From Parcubacteria group bacterium Gr01-1014_3 (GTDB lineage: Bacteria > Patescibacteriota > Minisyncoccia > UBA6257 > WO2-44-18), in NCBI GenBank assembly GCA_007376445.1, contig VMGF01000001.1:188203-252202 (forward strand): a stretch of DNA of 64,000 nt, given 5' to 3'. The stretch's first letter is position 1, and every line of letters starts with the position of its first letter. The translations under genes and the position numbers were made by a program. Below the pieces are notes generated by a model. The model ran no database searches, was not told the DNA's origin, and was given only the letters and a program-made list of their open reading frames with translations. Below are positions 63,446-64,000 of the stretch, piece after piece.

Positions 63446-63529
63446 CCTGTGGATAAGATTTCTAAATAAAGAACTGATATTGATAAAATTATAGCAAAGG
63501 AGTAATATATCTGTATACAATAAATCACT

Positions 63530-63664
63530 ATGTCACGGACTTATCAGCCTAAAAAAAGAAAAAGAGCACGAACCCATGGTTTCTTGAAGCGGAGCCGGAA
63601 ATTTGGCGGACGCCGGGTATTGAAGGCGCGACGGCAGAAGGGACGCCATAAGCTGTCTGTTTAA
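63530..63664 (+). CDS. rpmH: ribosomal protein L34
   Basis: [44 protein letters not shown]; under the ORF-track cut-off. Confidence 0.9.
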   Translation: MSRTYQPKKRKRARTHGFLKRSRKFGGRRVLKARRQKGRHKLSV

Positions 63665-63975
63665 TGTTAGCTAAGAAATATCGCTTACCAGTTCAGATAG
63701 CGCTTAAAAAGCGCTATCGTTCGCTAAAAAGCTCTTATTTTTCGGTTAAAATACTGCCCGGCGACCTTGAATATAGCCGCTTTGGCGTGGTGATTAGTAA
63801 GAAAACGGCCAAGAAGGCCGTAGACCGGAACCGGCTGAAGCGAATAGTTTATGACCTAGTGGGAACTAAAAAAGATGACATTTCGGTTGGCGACTATATA
63901 ATAAGTATATTGCCTCCGGCGGCGAGCTTATCAAAAGAAGCTCTCAAAACCGAACTCTTAAAACTTTTAACTTAA
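63664..63975 (+). CDS. rnpA: RNase P protein component
   Basis: KKYRLPVQ...RNRLKRIVYDLV; start overlaps the rpmH stop (TAATG). Confidence 0.85.
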   Translation: MLAKKYRLPVQIALKKRYRSLKSSYFSVKILPGDLEYSRFGVVISKKTAKKAVDRNRLKRIVYDLVGTKKDDISVGDYIISILPPAASLSKEALKTELLKLLT

Positions 63976-64000
63976 AACTTATACCTTACAACTAACCATG

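Noticed and set aside
63382-63528. 49-codon N-terminal extension of dnaA ([11 protein letters not shown]...)
   Set aside because: AT-rich low-complexity translation containing a perfect DnaA box. The DnaA homology starts at MELDEFWKK.

Overview
This 64 kb window reads like a small-genome, AT-leaning bacterial chromosome (CPR/Patescibacteria-like in style, though lineage cannot be established from sequence alone). It spans the replication origin neighbourhood, with rpmH-rnpA diverging from dnaA-dnaN. Housekeeping genes include ileS, argS, trpS, infC-rpmI-rplT, rpsT, smpB with an adjacent tmRNA, ruvA/ruvB/ruvC, uvrB/uvrC, polX, fpg, udg, ddl, a murE-like ligase, PBP1A, pilB, rnj, tsaE, a split polA, htpX, secG and six or seven tRNAs. 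Small accessory insertions are scattered among them. Two type II toxin-antitoxin pairs are present: an HTH antitoxin with a Doc toxin, and Phd/RelE. Three tRNA genes carry insertions at their 3' ends. tRNA-His has a 50-bp 3'-half duplicate bounding a ~1 kb islet. tRNA-Ser has an 18-bp 3' duplicate bounding a ~560 bp element that carries a GIY-YIG nuclease gene and 3 x 59-bp tandem repeats. tRNA-Arg is followed by the same linker and a 59-bp unit in inverted orientation. A second GIY-YIG gene sits exactly inside a 20-23 bp perfect palindrome, and an empty copy of that palindrome lies ~6 kb away. A MITE-like ~75-90 bp family occurs in three gene junctions. A dispersed 21-25 nt motif (CCCTTCGRCRRGCTCAGGGCAAG-like) recurs in-frame in five conserved genes and in the tRNA-linked repeats. 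AT-rich simple repeats are inserted in-frame into ileS, fpg, polX, tsaE and a ligase-like membrane protein. Four GC-rich single-gene islets look foreign, one carrying a tRNA-like element. IleRS carries an inserted histidine-phosphatase (PGAM-like) domain of roughly 190-230 aa. No CRISPR array and no rRNA were seen.
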